Positions 12,397-25,994 of a DNA stretch of 64,000 bases are shown one piece after another. Every line of letters begins with the position of its first letter. Positions within the stretch are counted from its first letter, which is position 1. The translations under genes were made by a program, and so were the position numbers. The DNA comes from Auanema rhodensis (Eukaryota; Animalia; Nematoda): assembly GCA_964057225.1 (NCBI GenBank), contig OZ059899.1, positions 7,440,001 through 7,504,000 on the forward strand, in the 5' to 3' direction. The notes below the pieces were generated by a model that saw nothing but the letters and a program-made list of their open reading frames with translations, had not been told where the DNA came from and searched no databases.

Positions 12397-15300
12397 ATGA
12401 AAACGTTGCTTTACCTGTTGGCCCTTGTGGCCTGGACATCCAGTCAGCCGGCTGAACTCTATCCCTCAATTGATCCTAATCATTACGGAGCAGGTGAATT
12501 TATTATATTTTTATTTATTTATTGAAAACTGTTTTAGATGGCAATCCGTGTTATGATAAAGAGACAAAGAAACCTCAAAGATGCGTCCCAGACTTTATTA
12601 ATGCTGCTTTCAACTTGGAAGTAGAGGTTACAAACACTTGTGGAGAACGTCAGCCCACTAAGTAAATTTTATTTTATTCTATGAAGATGTGAATGCAATT
12701 TCTTTAGATTTTGCGTTCAATCTGGTAGATCAGGAATGAGAAGTGTATGTGATAGCTGTGATTCCAGACATCATGTAAGCATAATATATAATTTTATAGA
12801 AATATTTATTTATATTTATAATAGGCATTTGCTCATCCTGCAAAATATTTAACTGATTTTAATAATGCCAATAATGAAACATGGTGGCAATCAGAAACTA
12901 TGAAGGAAAATATGCAATATCCAAATACAGTTAATTTAACACTTACATTAGGTAATTCATTGAAATTTTCTGAAATCTATTGAATTCCTCATTATTTTAG
13001 GAAAAACCTTTGATATTACATATGTTCGTCTCAAGTTCGTTTCACCCAGACCTGAATCTTTTGCTATTTACAAGAGAACCATACTAGATGATGAATGGGT
13101 TCCATGGCAATATTATTCGTAAGTTTGATTTTCATATCTTTATTTTAACCTTATTGTTATAAAATTTAGGGGTTCTTGCCGTTCAACTTATGGTTTACCC
13201 GAAAAAGCTCCTATTCTTCCTGGAAATGAAGCTGTAGCTCAATGTACCAAAGAGTTTTCTGATATTTCTCCAATTACCGGAGGAAATATTGCTTATTCTA
13301 CTTTGGAAAATCGCCCATCTGCTCATGCTTTCGAAGATAGTGAAGTATTACAGGTATTTCATACTTTTGATACAATTTTGATTCTTTTTTTTTTCTTTTT
13401 TTTTCTAAATGATTGTCTTTAGGAATGGGTTACTGCTTCCGCTATCAAGATTGTATTAACTCGTATGAATACTTTCGGAGATGAAGTTTTTGGAGATGAG
13501 CAAGTTTTGCGCAGTTATTTCTATGCTATTTCTGATTTTGCCGTCGGAGGTCGCTGCAAATGTAATGGCCATGCTTCTGAATGTGTTCGTTCAACTTCTG
13601 TTGACGGAGAATCTCAGCTTGTATGCCGTTGTGAACATAATACCATGGGTTAGTGTTTAATCTTCTACACTATCTTGCCTTTCTAATGAAAATAATGGAA
13701 AATTTGAAATTGATTTATTCTTTAGGACCCGATTGCAATGAATGCTTGCCATTCTACAACAGCCGTCCATGGATGCCTGGAACCTCAATGGAAGCCAATG
13801 AGTGTGTTGGTGAGCAATTTTTTCATCTTATTATAAATATTTAACTTTATTTTACTATACATTTGATTATTATTTATGCTATGTTCTGAAATAATTTTCT
13901 GTTTTATAGCTTGCAATTGCTCTCAATTATCCAATCGTTGTTATTTTGATCACGAACTTTATGAAAGAACTGGTGACGGAGGACATTGTTTCGATTGTCA
14001 AGGAAATACTATGGTTTATTATATATTTAATATAATATATAAATATATATTTAAAGGGTGTTCATTGTGAAACATGTGTTGTTAATCATTGGCGGCGTCC
14101 TGGTGATAACTACTGTGTTGCTTGTGGATGTAGTGAGGTAAATAGTTTGAGTTATACATTCAATACAAGTAAAATAATTTTTTGTGATTTATTATTCTAT
14201 TTTTAGATTGGATCTCTCTCTACTCAATGCGATGATCAAGGTCAGTGTACCTGTAAGCCTGGAGTTGGAGGAAAGCACTGTGATCAATGTCTTGACGGAT
14301 TTTATGATTTCGGACCAAATGGCTGCAAGTAACATCATTGTTTTTTAATTTTTTATTTATTTCAAATTTTTATAGAGATTGCGGCTGTGAAGTTGGAGGA
14401 TCATATAACAATCAACCGCTTTGCGATCCTAAAGGAGGAACTTGTTCTTGTAAGTCTAATGTAGAAGGCAGACAATGTAACAAATGTAAGCCAGGATATT
14501 TTGATTTATCTGTTGATAATCAGGTAATTATAATAATTAAATAATATATAATATCATATAATTCTCTTTTTAGTTTGGATGTACACCATGTTTCTGTTAT
14601 GGACATTCTTCAATCTGTACTACAGCTGATGGATATTATGCTATGAATATTTCAACACAATTTGAAACAGGTATGTTATTTTGATATTATAAAAAATTCT
14701 TTAAAATTTATGTTTAGATAAGCAAAAATGGTCCGCTATCAGCCAAATGGGTCCCCAAGATGCTCAGTGGACTGAGCTGGAACATGCTGTTGCTGTTTCT
14801 GATGTCAATGGAGCTCCAGTATATTTTAATGCTCCTGATCAATTTTTGGGCGATCAAAGAAGTTCATACAACCAAGATCTTTTATTTACACTTCGTGTTT
14901 CTCAACCAGGAGCTCGCCCAAGTGCTAAGTATTTCTTGTTTTATCATACATGATACATCATTAATGTTGTAGGGATATTATCATTGTTGGAGGTGGTGGA
15001 CAAGAACTTTCACTCACCATTTTTGCTCAAGAAAACCCCATTCCAAGTTCTAAAGCTCAGGTTTTTTTCAAATAATTGTCTTTCGTTGTTCATTTTTATT
15101 TTTTAGTTGTATCGCTTCCGTATTCATGCCGATCCAATGTTCCAATGGAATCCTCGTTTGAACGAATTAGATTTCATAGGTGTCTTATCTAATGTAACTG
15201 CCGTGAAAATTCGTGGAACTTACCAGCACAAAGATCTTGGATTCCTCTCGGATGTACATTTAGGAACAGCTGGATTAGCTCCTTCTGAAACAGATCCCCG

Positions 15301-18300
15301 CGAAGCAAAATGGGTAGAGAGTTGCGATTGTCTTCCTGGGTGAGCATATGCATATATTTTTACAAAGTTTCTAACTGTTCTTTCTAGATTTGTTGGTCAA
15401 TTCTGTGAGTCTTGTGCGCCTGGATTCCGCCGTGAATTGAAATATGGAGGACCATTCAACAGATGTATTCAATGTGATTGTCATGGTCACTCAACTAGTT
15501 GTGATGCTGAAAGCGGTAAAATGAAAATCTAATTAACTCAAACATATAATATTATATATTATAGGAGCTTGTATCTGTGAACACAATACTGCTGGAGATA
15601 CCTGCGAAAGATGTGCTCGAGGATTTTATGGAAATGCTCTTGCTGGAACTGAGGAAGATTGTGAAGAATGTCCTTGTCCTGATAATGGACCTTGTATCCT
15701 TCATACAGATGGAGATGTTATTTGCACAGAATGCCCAGCTGGATATACCGGCAGACGGTATTTCTTTAAGCCTCTATGCTCGAGAACTTACTAATGCTTG
15801 TTTAGTTGTGATGAATGTTCCGATGGATTCTTTGGTAATCCTAAGGAAGGAATTGATTGTCAGGAATGTGCTTGTAACGATAATACTGATCCTAACTCTA
15901 TTGGAAATTGTGATAAGTAAGAATAATTCAACCAAATTGAAATATAATTGAAATATTTTTAGAATTACTGGAGAATGTAAGAAGTGCATCTTCAATACAT
16001 TTGGATTCCATTGTGAAAAATGTATTGCCGGATATTGGGGAGATGCTCTTTCAGAGCCTAAGGGAGATTGTAAAGCTTGCTTGTGAGTCGAGAACTGTGT
16101 CATTCAACAAACTAATTGAAATTAAATTACAGATGTCATCCTCCTGGAACTCGTCGTCCTTCTAACGATTATGTTTTGCTTGAATGCTCACAAAGCGATG
16201 GTCAATGCGAATGTTTACCACATGTTGATGGGCAACGTTGTGATGAATGCGAAGTTGGATTCTTCAACATCACATCAGGAACTGGATGCGAAGCTTGTGA
16301 ATGTGATCCTTTAGGATCCGTAAATGCCACTTGTGATGTTCAAACTGGACGTTGTCAATGTAAACCTGGAGTTACAGGCAGAAGGTTTGGAATGCTAAAA
16401 TGATATTTTAAAAAATATGTTCAATTTAGATGTGATCAATGTGCTCCATATCATTTCGGTTTTGGTCCTGCTGGATGCCAACCATGTGACTGCGAACCAA
16501 TTGGATCGGAAAGTTCTCAATGTGACCCTGCTACTGGTATAGTTTTAATTATAACAAATAGTTATTAAAGTATTTATTCATAGGACAATGTCTTTGCCGT
16601 GATCACATTGAAGGACGTCGTTGTGATCAATGTATTGAAAATCGTTATGATATTCGTGCAGGCTGCTTACAATGTGATGATTGTTACACGTTGATTCAAT
16701 CTCGTGTTAATTCTTTCCGAGCCAGTGTCAAACAGCTTGATAATACACTGAAAGAAATAATCGAGAATCCAGCACCAGTTAATGACACTGCCTTTGATGA
16801 CAAGGTTAAGGAAGTTGGACAGGAAGTTCAAAAACTGGCTGCTACTGTTACTGAGAAACTTGGTTTGTGCTAGAACATAATGTTATATATAATATAAATA
16901 TATTTTCAGCTGCTGATGATTCTCAATTAGTTGGACAAGTTGCTCAATTGAAAAAGGATATCTCGGAAGCTTTAAGAAATGTAAAGACTGTTGATGAAAT
17001 GATTGCTGGAGCTAAAGGAAAGGTGGAGGAAACAGAAACTGGTTTACAGAGATGGAAAATCATTAATGGTAAATAGTTTTTAAAATTAAAATAATTTTTT
17101 TTCATTTTCAGAACAAGCTCGCAATGAACTTCAAAATGCTATGCATTATCTTGAAACCGAAGGGGCAACTCAGTGGGAACTTGCTAAAGAAGCTTCCAAA
17201 AAATACGGAGAACAAAGTCAGCAAATGTCTAAGCTCGCTCAGAAGACCCGCGAAGAAGCTGATAAACATGAAAAGCAAGCCAACGACATTGAAAAACTGG
17301 CCCAAGAAGCTAATGCTGCAGCTAAGCAAGCTCACAAAGAAGCTCAAGATGCCATTTATGGAGGTACTTTCTTTTTTAATAAAAAGAATTATAGAGTTGA
17401 TTTTAGGGGAACAAATTTCTAACCAAATTGCCGATATGAAGAGAAAGCAAGCGCAATTGAATGATACGTTAACAAGAACATTAGATTTAGCTGAAGAACA
17501 GAAAAAATCAGCATCTGCAGCTAATGAAGCTGCTGCTGAATCTTTAGCCAATGTCGATAGTTTGAGATTACCAAACGTCGATCCTAAAGCTGTGAGTTTA
17601 TTATTAATTTTGAACAATTAAGTAAACCTTTGTATTCTAGTTGAAAGCTGAAGCCGAATCCATTTCTGCCGAGTCTAAGATAGCTATTGAAAATACTAAC
17701 AAGATTGCTGCTGAAAATGAACCATTGCTCGAAGAAGCTCAACGGGTTATTGCCGAGTCCAGAAACGAACTTTCAAGCGCGGAAGAGCAGCAAAAGCTCT
17801 CTGATCAATTATTGGCTGATGCTGATGAAGCTCGTGATCGCGCTCAAGAAGCCTTGAAGGTTGCCGAAGATGTTTTGAAAGATGCTGAACAAACTTTGCA
17901 AACTTTGAATGGTTTGTTTCTTTATTTTTTGCGTTTGAAAAGGTTTATTTCCAGAATTCAATGAACGAGTTGAAAAGTCTAAAGTCGCTGCTGCTGAACA
18001 ACTAAAGCAATTGGATGATATTGAAGAAAACATTCGAAAGGCTGATGAGACTACTGCTAAAGCCGTGTCTGCCATTGGATCAGCTGCCGATGATGCAAGG
18101 AATGCCAAGGAACTGGCTACAAAAGCAGGAGATGATGCCAAGGCTGTGTCAGAAGCTGCTGATTCACTCCGTCAAAATGCAACGCAGTCTAAGGCATCTG
18201 CTGAAAACTTGAAATCAGAAGTTCAGTCCCTTATCGAAGATCTTCAAGAAACCAATAGCACACTCGAAACATACAAGACACAAGCTGAAACCGACAAGCA

Positions 18301-18829
18301 GCTCGCAACTGAGGTTTATTGGAAATTATAGATATTAAATCAATTGTATATTTCTAGGCTGTGCGTCGAGCCTCATTGGCTGAAAAGGCTGCTCGTGAAG
18401 CTAACAACACTATTGCTAACGAGGCTGATCAAATCAAGCAGGTCATTGATCGATTAAGTATGTTTTTGAAATTATCATATCTGTAAAGCATATATTCTCT
18501 TTTCAGATGCCTTAGAAGCTGTTAATGCTGCTGAATTAGATGAATTGGAAAATGAAATTGATTCTATTGAAAATATTCTTTCCAAGGCCGACTTAGAAAG
18601 TCAAGTTCCACAATTCAAAAGTTTTAAAACCGAGGAAGATAGAAGAATTACTCAAATTAAAAATGAAATTGATTTTCTTTCTAAAGAAGTAACATTTTCT
18701 ATTTAACTTAATTATCTAATATATAATTGGTTATAGGTCAGAAATCTTGAAGAAATTCGTGATGCTCTTCCAATGAAATGCTTTAATCAGGTTCGACTAG
18801 AACAAGAAGGACAGAAGAAGCGTAGATAA
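12397..18829 (+). CDS. lam-2: Laminin gamma chain
   Basis: Signal peptide [13 protein letters not shown]; LN domain ([39 protein letters not shown]); LE repeats; L4 domain; nidogen-binding loop [10 protein letters not shown]; coiled coil; C-terminus [22 protein letters not shown] trans-splice-like acceptor at 12361-12366. Confidence 0.97.
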
Positions 18830-19759
18830 TTAATTTAAATTTTCCAAACTATCTCCTGAAATGGGGCTTTTCACATCAGCATATTCTTTCGATTCATAAC
18901 TTGCCTTATTTACTCAAAATTTACTAATTCATTTGTTTTGAATTCATCATCATCTACGTTCATGTTAATTACTGTTAAGTTGTCAAGTATTACTAACTAT
19001 ATGATATCAAATATCGAAATAGTTATGAGAAGAACTAGAGAATATCTAATCTATTATGTGTTTCCCCTTTGACCCATCAACTCATTATTCTCATACACCT
19101 CGATGAAATTGCGAGCAAATTAAAAAACGTTTTTTTATAATTTAAATAGATATTGTTGTCGACATGCGGCTCTATATAAGAGCTTTAAATATGATAAATT
19201 TGTTCCAAATCTAATGATTTTCTTACATTTCTTCGTGAATGATATGAACTTAAAAACATTTATATGATTGATACTTCTTCAGCTTGTTGCTTTCTCAGCT
19301 TTTCTATATTACTTGTGCAACCATGTTATACCTTTTGATGATGCTCAGCCGCTTCAGACCTGTACTTGTCTTAATCTTTTATGTCGTAGAGTTATGATAA
19401 CTCTATTCCTTATTATCTTTTACGCATGTCTCTTCTCACAAAAAGTCCGGTTCTGAGGTGGTTCTGCCTAATTCAATTTTCCATTTCTTAATCACTAATC
19501 TCGAATATTCAAAGCTTTTACATTATTGGTTTATTTTGTGTTTAATTTATTTATTGTCGTCAATGACATTAATATGAATAAATAATGAAATTCTATTATA
19601 AGTATAATATATAATTTTGAATTTGTATTTCATAATCACATATAATAACAAATCTGCTTTTTCATGAACCCCGTTCTCAATTATATGAATTTAATTGTTT
19701 GTTCAATGAAAATTCTAAGATTTCATAATTAAATTAAATTAAAATTAACTGACACAATG

Positions 19760-20926
19760 TTATAACTTTAACCGTTTTGCTATGTGAGCCAAATTTTTAA
19801 ATTTGGTAATATCAACCGCGCGCCTTAAAAAAGTCAGCTTATCTTCAATCTCAACTTTTGTAGCGAGTAATCGTAAATCGTAGTTCCAAGTTAAGTTTCT
19901 GAAACAAATTCATTTCATGAGCAACTATGAAAACTTTGTAACCCTGGCTTGCATTTCTGAAGAGTAATGTCGCCAGCTATAGGGTTGAACCATTCTGATT
20001 TAGATTTTTCCATTATTCTAATAATGACATGATGTTAATTACTGATATATAATATAATAAAAATCTCACGATAAAGGCATTTGTTCTTTATTGATATCCC
20101 TCAATTGATTTGATTTCCATCCATGAATTATGAAGTCAAGATCTGGACTCCATTTACTATTAGTCAACCAATTATCTCGAGCCCACGCAGTTCCCTAATA
20201 TACTTATAATTATTTGTTTTTGTAGTATTTCTATTGCCCTACCTTTTCCAATATTTTGATTTTTCCAAACTTTTCAAGAGCACCAAGTATGGCTCTAATA
20301 CAAGCTTCATATGCAAACAAATCTTCATAACCCGCTGATATTTTATACATTTCCATACAAATATAATATTCATATGGACGTTCAGGTAATATTACTTCTG
20401 CCAAATAAGCCTCGAATAAAACAAAATCTTAATTACATGAAAAAATATTGAGCGTACATGTAAAGCTCCATTATCAGTTCCATGGAAACTTTTTGGTAAT
20501 TTATTCTCATAATTAGCAAAACCTATAATATTATAGTTCTAGAAAAAAACATATATCAAGTATTACCCATTAAGAAATTATATGTCCAATTAGAATTAGT
20601 GGCTATGTAAGATCCTGCCATAACTTCTTGATTATAGAATCGATCATAAAATATTATATCAGCATCATTACAAATGTAATCTTGGATTTTTCTAAAGTAA
20701 ATATGAATATTTAAAATTGTTTTGAAAGAAACTTTTAACTTTTTCGGATTAACAACACCCATGTCAGCATCTAAGAAAAGTGTATATTTAGCATTATTTA
20801 GAACTTGAGCAGTAACACAATGTCTTCGGAAAAATTTCTGTAATTAGTAGAATAATAATTTGTTTTGAATAATATATAAGTTGATCAGTTTATATTAAAA
20901 TCTTTTTATCTTATATTAGGATAATC

Positions 20927-21008
<82 letters not shown>

Positions 21009-21650
21009 CACTATGTATCATATCGCTAAAGATCTAAACAAATATAATGTGCATATATGTATGTAGAATAGACATATTTGGTTGGAAAGAATTTCTTCCA
21101 TTTCCTTGTTTTTTTTTTTATTTTGCGCTTAGATAATTCAAAAATTATCATAAGCGTAACAGAAATACGGAAGAATTTTCTTTCCAACCTAATACATACA
21201 TAGGTATGTACATCATTTTTTTCTAAAACAAAATCACAATTTAAAAAAAAAAGTTCAAAATCACATCTTTCTGCTGACACTCCTTCGAAAATGTACGGTC
21301 AAAAATAATATTTAGTTTATATCCATGAATAGCACAGTAACATTTCATTGAATCTTCAAAAATAATTTTTTTAAAAAGTAATTAACAACTAGCTAACTAA
21401 CCTAATGCATACTTATACACATTTTGATTTGTACTTTCTTCAATAATTATCACTATTTGAATATCAGATGATAGAACTAGAGCTTCATCATGTTTAACAT
21501 GCCGATATATCTTCAAAAATATGTTAAAATATATAAAAAGTTATAAAAATCTACCTGATTTGAAGAAAACTTCCGTTCACCTATATTCACAGCATAGATA
21601 AATAAGCTACTGAGAATTATAATGAAAATTAAAAATAATCTCCCTTGCAT
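19760..21650 (-). CDS. DUF273-family (nucleotide-diphospho-sugar transferase-like) type II membrane protein
   Basis: N-terminal TM helix, SMKCYCAIHGY, KDKFFRRHC, LFLDADMGVVNP, FYDRFYNQEVMAGSY, FHGTDNGALH, GTAWARDNWLTNSKW. In-frame ATGs also at 21668 and 21674. Confidence 0.92.
20930..21005. repeat. (TA)n microsatellite (~38 units), intronic
   Basis: Direct reading. Confidence 0.97.
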
Positions 21651-22419
21651 TTTATGAATAGCTTTCATAATCATGACATGTACATTTAAATAAAGTTAAT
21701 TTATTTTAATACAACTAAATTTTATAATAATTATCAATAATAGTAAAGCAAAGGCACAACACAATGTTTGTAATATTTTTAAATCATACCACAGTTTGTA
21801 CAGCTATGCTATATCTCGTAATAATATATCTAAAAATGATTCAGCTTTCAAATAAACGACACAATCGATTCATATTTGATAATTGATGCAAATGGATTAA
21901 TACAAATGTTAATTGTGCTATTCTTTATTTATCTTACAACAAGAGTACACAGAAACTGACTGATACTTGTAAAAGTTATTAAATTTATTTTTATTTGGAA
22001 GGAAGTTGACAAAAAAGTCAATAACGTTGGGGCTGAATACAGTTACCTTGGATACCATCCAAACGAAATATTCAAAATCTCGCAAAACATGTTCTTTTTG
22101 TATGTTAAATAACTAATATTGGTTTTTCTAGTATGTCTCAGAAAAACATTTATAAAAACTGATCAATATATGTATATATATACTTAGGTTTTTTTAATTT
22201 TAATATTCGTTGCTTTTAGTAAATTATCTATTTAGTTGCAGTAAAAGATTATATAAATCGTAATATATGTATATAATGTGTAAATTTTAATAAATTATTT
22301 AATAAATAAGAAATACACAAATTATTTTGTTTATTTTTCTAATATATATGTATAGTAGAATATACGAATGTAAGCAAATGTAAAAAAAATTTTAATCTTG
22401 AAGATATTAAATCCTCTTA

Positions 22420-22982
22420 TTATGCTGCAGGTGCTGGTGACATTATATGTTCAGATGTACTTGATCCTGAAATATGAATAATTATATATAATTAATTAAT
22501 AGAAATATTAATAGAAACGTAACCTGATGTAGTATTTTCGATGGAACTTGATTGTGATGCAATAGTTGAAGATGTAACACCAGGAACTGACGAAGAATGA
22601 CTCCCTTTATCCATTACTTCAATCGGAGCATTATTCTATACAGCGTAAAGTTTGTGTATTGGATTAAATTTAGAATATGTTCACCATTTTTCCTGTATCA
22701 GATTGGTTTGAAGAAGACGATTCAAGAGAAGATGCTACTGAGTTCTCTTTTTCGACTTCTTTGGCAGCTTCATAGGGAGTTTGAGTGGTTGAATCATCTT
22801 TTTGAGAAAAAATTCCATCAGTTATAGTCGGGTTTCTAGGTAATATTCTAAAATGAGTAAACGATAGGAAGAACCAACCTGATATAAAAGATGGTAATAA
22901 GAATGGCGACAACTACCAGAACAAATAGAGAAATAAGAGGTATTAGAATCTTTGGAGTAAGAAATTGCTTAACTTCTGGCAT
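22420..22982 (-). CDS. Small single-TM, Ser/Thr-rich protein (~140 aa, 4 exons), function unknown
   Basis: MPEVKQFLTPKILIPLISLFVLVVVAILITIFYIR, then an S/T-rich tail ending SPAPAA*. GT-AG introns keep the frame; the start may lie further upstream. Confidence 0.65.
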
Positions 22983-23771
22983 TGAAGTAGCCTGATGTCT
23001 CTCAAATGAATTTTAGTAACAGTAGAGGAGACTTAAAAGGGAAGGTTTGGATTTTAAATCCAATCCTACTTAAGCTATCCATTAGAATAATTATTTCTTA
23101 GCATCGACTCATACACAGATTTCTTTATTTCATCTCTAAAATCGGATAGTCTACGTAATAATCTGTTTGATCATCCTGTGTCGTAAGATATTATGAAAAT
23201 ATATTTTATTTATAGTTAGTAACCTAAGATAAACTTTATAATGTAGTCAACATCGAAAAAGATGAGATAACTCAAATGTATAATTAGATGAAATAAGTGA
23301 GATTTTTAAATCATTTTCTTCTGAAAACAAATAATTCACACGAAAAAATCGTGAATAAGCATTACCATAACTTCAAGTTATCATAATTAGTTTCATATTT
23401 GAGCTTTTAGTTTGTAAATAAAAGAATACTTTGTAGTCAATTCTAATCTATCAATACAACAATTTCTATCAATCTCTAACAGTCTATACTCTCCTTAACT
23501 TTCAAAGTCTGATCTTAAAGTGTCAATCAATGATTTTGTCTTGATAAGACAATGCAATTGTCCACTTAATTGTTTTTATATTTTTATTATGCTGTTTTTT
23601 ACGTAATTTTTTATTTAAAATATTATGAATAAATAAGTTTGTTTATCTTGTATATTTTGAACTTTTTTAAATGCTTTATATAAATGATTTTTACAAATTA
23701 TGTAGCCTTATTTTTTAACCGATGACCTTGAAAAGAAAGAAGAAAGTATTTGTCGACTATTTTCAGGTAGC

Positions 23772-25282
23772 ATGTCGCATTCAGCTCTGAGAGCTGCTCA
23801 TCTGGGTACTATGGCTTCTGCTCCGGCAGAATTGCCTTCTATTTTTGATATAGTTTCTCAAGAATCATTAATGACGTCGTTAAAGCCAGCAGTAGGACAT
23901 CTTTTAAAGGTGAGGCTTTAGCAACAACATAACTTTATTTTCTAAAAAAGATAGAATTTGATAGAAATCAGAATCTGACTGGTATAAACTTTATAATCAA
24001 AACAAAAGATCGTTAAGATAAAAATACGTACTTTTGCGTGTTTAATGTAACATGTTCAATACTATATTGTTCGATTGATAAGCTGGTGTTTTCATTACAG
24101 TTCTTAGCTTTGACGAAGCCTCAAAAATTTGCCACAGCGAATCGATACTACGACGAATTGTATTTACTTTTTGATTTGGTTCTTCAAAATCAGTATTTGG
24201 CTAAATACGGTATATATAATTAAATATTTTACTTTATGAAGTTCCTTTGTAGGTGGCACTTTTTCGGAGAATTTTTATTCTATCAAAAGAATGACTAGAG
24301 CCTCTAAACTTCCTCCGACTGAGCTTCGACAACGTATCAGAAACTTGTTAACCACAGTTATTTGGCCTTATATCAGGGATAAGCTTGAAAAATTATATCA
24401 GAGACTAAAAGAAAATATTCATTCATACCAAGCTAATGTATGTTTTAATGAACTTTATCGATTATAATGTGATATAACTTGCATATCCTGGTGTTTAGAA
24501 TGTTCAATCAATGTGCATCAGATGGTTTGTTTCCATATATCCATGGTTGAAACGCGTATTTGCATTCCTCCAACCAATTCTGACAATATTGTGAGTTTAA
24601 TTTTATATTAACAACTTTTATTCGTTTATTAAAAGATATATGACCAATCGAACTGATTTCCACTCCATATTACTGCTTCTTGCTGGAGTTACCTTGGAAA
24701 AACTCACCCCTGAAGATTTAGAAGCTTTTGAATCTATCCCTCTGCATTTACAAGGAACTGGGTATCTAACGTCGTTAAGAAAAAGATAAAAATACTTTTT
24801 TTTTGCAGATTATTGAATCGTCTATATCGTTTCATACTTGGTTTACCTGGGGTATTTTCTCGTCTTTTTGGATATGGTCTATTCTTTGTCCAATTTATTG
24901 ACACTTTGTATAATACTGGAAGTAGTTCAAAATACAGTGTCATGAATAACTCTCAAGCACCACCACCACCTCATGATGTATGATAAAGAAAATGCTAAAA
25001 ATATACAAAAAAATAATTTTATTTTAGGATTTACTGAATGAAAGTAGTGTTCAGGACTTAGAAACTAACAAGTGCCCCTTATGCCGAAAGATTCGTGAGA
25101 ATAGTACTGCTCTATCTGTTTCAGGATACGCATTTTGCTATGCATGCATTTATGATTATGTGAGAAAATATCAAAGGTATGCAATTCTCCTCTATTATTG
25201 TTAATTTTTATAATTTAGATGCCCTATCACACACAACCATGCTAATACTGACAACTTGATACGCTTGTATATACAAGAATGA
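23772..25282 (+). CDS. prx-12: Peroxin PEX12 (RING)
   Basis: [29 protein letters not shown]...[14 protein letters not shown], and the C-terminal [43 protein letters not shown]. Confidence 0.95.
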
Positions 25283-25994
25283 TGATTTTACTATGTGATT
25301 TTGCTCAAAGATTTATAATAAATGATTGAAATTTCCAGTTTGCATTTTAGTTTATTCACATCTATATATTTTTACTTTAAATGCCTGAAATTATCTTGCG
25401 TCAGAAGTAATAGAGTTCAATCTGCATTGTGAAATGTCTCGTGATTGTGCCAATTCACACGAGAATAAAAAGCTCTTGTTCCGCAAATCTTTGAATTATT
25501 CAAAAAATCAAATATTAAGTGTTAATTATTTATTTTAATCATTATATATAGCATATACAACATACAAATAACATACCAGAAATAGAACATATCGCAAATA
25601 ATGAATGACATATTGGAGTTTTCGTTAAGCATGATGAAGCCAGCACAAGACAAGAACACGACGGTATAATACTATACGGAAAAATAGTTGAAGCACAGAA
25701 GCAAAGAATAAAAGTTTTTTTTCAAAATATGATTTTAAAGGTATTATTCAATTAAAAAGGTTTATAGTTAGTAACTTAATTAATGTACATATTAAACTAC
25801 ACATTATTGATCATGAGTTGATCAAACTAATTGTTTTGGATAGAATAGTGTGTGGAAGCCACTATTTCGCATCTCACATGAGACTAACGATATTGGCTTC
25901 GAGATCAATTTAAGTGAATAATTCCACGACGACGTCTATGAAAGACGATTTGCTTGTTTTGTTCTTCTTTTTGAGGTTGTTGTATATGTCTGTT

